DNA of 64,000 bases from Thermodesulfobacteriota bacterium (lineage in GTDB: Bacteria; Desulfobacterota_D; UBA1144; Nemesobacterales; UBA2774): assembly GCA_965216785.1 (NCBI GenBank), contig OZ244197.1:2496001-2560000 (forward strand), given 5' to 3'. Each line of letters starts with the position of its first letter. Position 1 is the stretch's first letter. Below the pieces are notes generated by a model that had not been told where the DNA came from, did not search any database, and saw only the letters and a program-made list of their open reading frames with translations. Below are positions 60,148 through 64,000 of this stretch, one piece after another. The translations under genes and the position numbers were made by a program.

Positions 60148-62861
60148 CGTCTCAGCAGAAAATCTATTTCGGTCTCTGTTTCGTTCTTCGGAAGACCGTA
60201 ATCACTCGGCACATATCCGGGGTCCGTGCCAAACTCCCCGCTGTCAATCATCACTCTGTCTCTTAAGGAATCCAGCACGTTTTCCCTAAGCGAATCGATG
60301 CTGTAGGGCACATTTCCGTATGGAGTACTTACGGTTTTTATGCGCGAAGGCTTTTTGAATTTGCCCCCGGGGTATTTCTCTAAAGCCTCCTCCATAAAGT
60401 CTATCCATATCGGGAGCGCGGCCCTCGAGCCCGCTTCCTTTTTACCGATTGGTTTATGGTCGTCACGCCCTACCCAAACCGCTGTTGTGATACGAGGGCT
60501 GAACCCCACAAACCACGCGTCCGTGTATTCGTTCGTAGTCCCCGTCTTTCCGCCCAATGGGGCCTTTGAAGTGAGCCTTGCGGCCCTTCTGCCCGTGCCT
60601 TCTTTAATTACAGCTTGAAGTAGATCTGACATTATGTACGCGGTCTCGGGGCTTAGAGTCTGTTTTTCTTCCCCGCCCGACAAGAAGTCCACTGAGCCAG
60701 AGCGGACCAGCTCGAGAAACTCAGCTGGGTTAAAAAACTTATATTCACTTGAGTCCGAGGCAAAACCTTCTGAATCCGAAAGCTCATTTTCCTCTAAAAA
60801 TTCTGAATCAAACTTAGCCTGATCGGGGTCCCTGCCCTTCTTCTTCGCGAGCGCTCTGATTATATTTAGTCTTTTGGCCTCGCGGTCCGCCTTTAAAGAT
60901 TCTTCTTTGGATACAAACTGCCCGCCCGTGTTATCCTCGACAATTCTCCCGTTACGGTCATATATCCTGAGGATGAATACCGGCTCTACAAGCTTCCCTT
61001 CGTTCGCAAACACGTTATATGCCTTAACCATTTCCATCACTTTTACGTCGGCGCCGCCGAGCGCAAGTGAGGGATAGGGGTTGAACTTGGTCTCAAAACC
61101 GAAGTTCTTCGCATAGCTAACCACATACTTGGGATCAATATCGAGCATCAGCCTGATGGTCGCGAGGTTTCTGGACTTGGCAAGAGCCGTTCTTAAAACT
61201 ATTGCACCCAGGTAGTTACCGTCGTAGTTCTGCGGCGCCCAGTCCTTGATGACTATAGGCATATCATACAGAACAGATGTCTCGGTGTAGCCTTTGTCAA
61301 TAGCCGCAGAGTAAACAATCGGTTTAAACGCCGAGCCCGGCTGCCTTACAGCCTGCACTGTCCTATTAAATTGTGAGGACCTGTAATCAAACCCTCCGAC
61401 AAGCGCTCTAATATTGCCGCCAGTGTCCATAGCGACCAGAGCGGCTTGTGTCTCAGGGGCATAATTTAATACGTACTCATATTCTCCGCCTGAGGATTCC
61501 ATCGCTTTAATTTTTATGACATCGCCTTTTTTAAGGTTTTTAGTTACGAGGCTTAATCCTCTGTAGCCGTCTGCAGGCACGTACTTTTCTGTGTAAGGAG
61601 AGCTTAGTCCGGGAACCGGCTTACCGAGCTTGGGGCTTACGGCATAGCGAAGCTCCCCCTTTATATCTCCAATCGCAATCTCTGCCGTATAGAGAACCGC
61701 TGCTTCATCTTGAGATTTATCGTCTTTTATTTCAGATTGCTCGTTTTTTGTTATTGAGGTCACTACAGCTTTGTACTCATCACCCGCTTTAATATCCACT
61801 ATGTTCTGGGCGCTTAAGTATTTTTTAACCTGGGTGTCGTTTGAAAGGTTTTTGACCACGACTCTGCGGCCTCGTCTCGACTCTAAGTCCACTAGCCCTC
61901 TCTTAACAGCCCACTGCGCTTCAAGGTTCAGGTCTACGTCAAGAGTAGTAAATACGGTGTAACCCCCGTTTATGAATTCCTCTGTGCCGACAGTGTTTTC
62001 AAGATAGCGTCTTACGTGCTCCACAAAATAAGGAGCGAGCTTGGAGTTCACTCTCAAGCGGGGCTTAATGTCTATTTCAAAACTCTCAGCCTCAACTCTT
62101 TCGTCCTCTGTAATAAACCCTCCCTCCATCATTCTCCTGAGAACCGTTTTTTGCCTCTCAAGCGCGCGCTCAGGGTGGTTACGAGGTGAATAGTACTCGG
62201 GTTTTTGCGGCAGTCCGGCAAGCAGCGCGGCCTCCGCAAGATTTATATCCTTGGCCGATTTACCGAAATAATTTTGGCTTGCAACCTCAATCCCATGCGC
62301 TCCGTCAGCCAGATAAATGTGATTTAGATATAGAAATAGAATCTCTTCCTTTGAAAGGTTATTCTCGATCCTGTGGGCAAGTATCGCCTCTTTTATCTTT
62401 CTTGTAAGAGTGCGCTCGGGGGTCAGGATAATATTCTTGATCACCTGCTGGGTTATCGTGCTTGCGCCTCTTACCCAATCGCCCTCCTGAATGTTCTCAA
62501 ACATAGCGGCGATAATACTCTTTACGTCGACCCCTTCGTGCTCGAAAAAGCGGCGGTCCTCAACAGCGATAAAAGCATTTCTCACATGAGTGGGGATATT
62601 TTCATACCGAATGATTTTCCTTCTTTCTGCGGCGAATTCTCCAATTAATGTCCCGTCCGCTGAGTACACTTCGCTCTTTAGCCGGGGCTTATAACCTGTC
62701 ACGACAGTGAAATCGGGCAGGTCGCGAGTATAGTACTTATATCCCGCGTACAGGGCCAGAATCCCAGCTACCAGGAGTATAAAAAAAGCGGCGATAAAGA
62801 ACATTAACGCCTTGCTTTTTCTGGGTTTTGATTTAAATTTTACTTTCTTTTTCTTAGCCAT
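60144..62861 (-). CDS. mrcA: Penicillin-binding protein 1A
   Basis: EDRRFFEH, GASTITQQ, RKIKE, QPGSAFK, SRN and KTGT; likely start ATG 62861. Confidence 0.93.
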   Translation of the reverse strand: MAKKKKVKFKSKPRKSKALMFFIAAFFILLVAGILALYAGYKYYTRDLPDFTVVTGYKPRLKSEVYSADGTLIGEFAAERRKIIRYENIPTHVRNAFIAVEDRRFFEHEGVDVKSIIAAMFENIQEGDWVRGASTITQQVIKNIILTPERTLTRKIKEAILAHRIENNLSKEEILFLYLNHIYLADGAHGIEVASQNYFGKSAKDINLAEAALLAGLPQKPEYYSPRNHPERALERQKTVLRRMMEGGFITEDERVEAESFEIDIKPRLRVNSKLAPYFVEHVRRYLENTVGTEEFINGGYTVFTTLDVDLNLEAQWAVKRGLVDLESRRGRRVVVKNLSNDTQVKKYLSAQNIVDIKAGDEYKAVVTSITKNEQSEIKDDKSQDEAAVLYTAEIAIGDIKGELRYAVSPKLGKPVPGLSSPYTEKYVPADGYRGLSLVTKNLKKGDVIKIKAMESSGGEYEYVLNYAPETQAALVAMDTGGNIRALVGGFDYRSSQFNRTVQAVRQPGSAFKPIVYSAAIDKGYTETSVLYDMPIVIKDWAPQNYDGNYLGAIVLRTALAKSRNLATIRLMLDIDPKYVVSYAKNFGFETKFNPYPSLALGGADVKVMEMVKAYNVFANEGKLVEPVFILRIYDRNGRIVEDNTGGQFVSKEESLKADREAKRLNIIRALAKKKGRDPDQAKFDSEFLEENELSDSEGFASDSSEYKFFNPAEFLELVRSGSVDFLSGGEEKQTLSPETAYIMSDLLQAVIKEGTGRRAARLTSKAPLGGKTGTTNEYTDAWFVGFSPRITTAVWVGRDDHKPIGKKEAGSRAALPIWIDFMEEALEKYPGGKFKKPSRIKTVSTPYGNVPYSIDSLRENVLDSLRDRVMIDSGEFGTDPGYVPSDYGLPKNETETEIDFLLRR

Positions 62862-62973
62862 TAGATTCGACGCTGTCCGCTCAGAGGCAATTGAGTGGGA
62901 ATGAAAATTAAACATAATTATACCTGAGATAAAGCGGTTTTATAAAGCTTTAAATTCGCCGGGTTTAAATTTC

Positions 62974-63183
62974 ATGGAACAGAAAAATACTGAAGAGGCA
63001 CTTACGCTGGATACATATATTAAAGGCGTAAAAGACCAAGAGATAAAGGGCATACTGCTTAAGCTCAAGAACGAAATACGTAGAACGGACGCTGACAAGA
63101 ACACAATTGAAGCAGTTATTGCCTCATTAAAAGATAAAAACATCACCATAGCCGAGGAAGTGCTAAACTTAATCCAGGACTAA
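62974..63183 (+). CDS. Small hypothetical helical protein
   Basis: 69-aa ORF divergent from PBP1A, upstream of cysK. Confidence 0.55.
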   Translation: MEQKNTEEALTLDTYIKGVKDQEIKGILLKLKNEIRRTDADKNTIEAVIASLKDKNITIAEEVLNLIQD

Positions 63184-63310
63184 TGTGGACAGAGGCGAGC
63201 GTCTTTGCGCGATGCCGGGGATTAAAATTGGCTACAGAGGCTGGGGGCAGCGAGCGAACGTACTGCGTGAGCGAGAGCAGGATAAAATCAACCGTGCAGC
63301 TGTGCCGGGG
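63182..63310 (+). repeat. Modular intergenic repeat cluster, copy 3 (D, B and a degenerate E module)
   Basis: GGACAGAGGCGAGCG..GCGATGCC..TAAAATT, then ACAGAGGCTGGGGGC..GTGAGCGAGAGCAGGATAAAAT. Confidence 0.85.
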
Positions 63311-63367
63311 CTATATTACCGGCAGGCAATCAACGGCACATAGTACTATTCTTAGGAATACAAAATT

Positions 63368-64000
63368 ATGAATGCTCAAAAGAATACGGCAGACAGCATA
63401 CTTGACTTAATAGGCGGAACACCTGTTATAAAGCTCCACAATATAGCCACCGATGACTCTGCCGCCATATGGGCAAAGCTCGAGAACCTGAACCCCGCGG
63501 GCAGCACAAAAGAGAGAATATCTCTAAGAATGATAGAAAGCGCTGAGAAAAAAGGACTCATTACCCCCGGGAAAACAGTAATTATCGAGGCCACGAGCGG
63601 TAACACCGGCATAGGCCTTGCGCTTGTATCCGCGCTTAAAGGCTACGATCTTATCCTTACCATGCCAGCAGGAAAGAGTTTTGAGAGAAGGCAGCTGCTT
63701 TCAGCTTACGGGGCTGAGGTTATTTTGACCCCTGCCGAAGAGCTCATGGAAGGCGCGGTCACAAAAGCCAAAGAAATAGCGGCCGAGCGCCCGGACTCTA
63801 TAATGTTAAGCCAATACGAAAACCCTGAAAACCCAGAAGCGCACCGCCTCGGTACAGGGGCGGAGATAATAGAGCAGGTACCTCCCCCCATAGACGCCTT
63901 TGTTTCGACCGTCGGCACAGGAGGCACGTTAAGCGGAGTCGGAAGCGCTCTCAGAGAGAAGTACCCTAACGTGCGCCTAGTCGCTGTTGAACCTGCCGAA
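63368..64000 (+). CDS. cysK: Cysteine synthase A (runs off the window)
   Basis: Hand translation: [33 protein letters not shown] and VGTGGT. Confidence 0.9.
   Translation, partial: MNAQKNTADSILDLIGGTPVIKLHNIATDDSAAIWAKLENLNPAGSTKERISLRMIESAEKKGLITPGKTVIIEATSGNTGIGLALVSALKGYDLILTMPAGKSFERRQLLSAYGAEVILTPAEELMEGAVTKAKEIAAERPDSIMLSQYENPENPEAHRLGTGAEIIEQVPPPIDAFVSTVGTGGTLSGVGSALREKYPNVRLVAVEPAE

Noticed and set aside
63183-63371. 62-aa ORF (and similarly 27282..27464)
   Set aside because: These are translations of the repeat modules with no protein-like features.

Overview
This is a bacterial chromosomal segment of mostly housekeeping and metabolic genes: thrC 5' end, gloB, metH, hemB, glnS, cdsA, an Mla/Mce ABC system, dinB, lipB/lpdA, aceE-aceF-lpdA, ileS, lutABC, purEK, PBP1A and cysK 5' end. 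No rRNA, tRNA, transposase, integrase or cas gene was recognised. It appears to span the replication terminus, with a clear XerCD dif site at 54768-54795 and KOPS-like octamers mostly pointing towards it from both sides. The most unusual signals are: (1) a modular intergenic repeat family (conserved junction ~GGRATAAAATTA(AGA)ATGGGGACAGAGGC with a small set of re-used cargo modules) in different orders at three loci, 19.6, 27.3-27.6 and 63.2 kb; (2) an AT-rich two-gene islet next to dinB encoding a divergent class III nucleotide-cyclase-like protein and a partner of unknown function; (3) a PurN-like protein lacking the catalytic His/Asp; (4) an unannotated 23-aa membrane peptide gene with its own promoter, RBS and terminator; (5) paralogous Cys-rich lipoproteins, one apparently starting at ATT; (6) three interrupted genes (response regulator, MEDS-LuxR, comEA). 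All product calls come from motif recognition by eye, not database searches.
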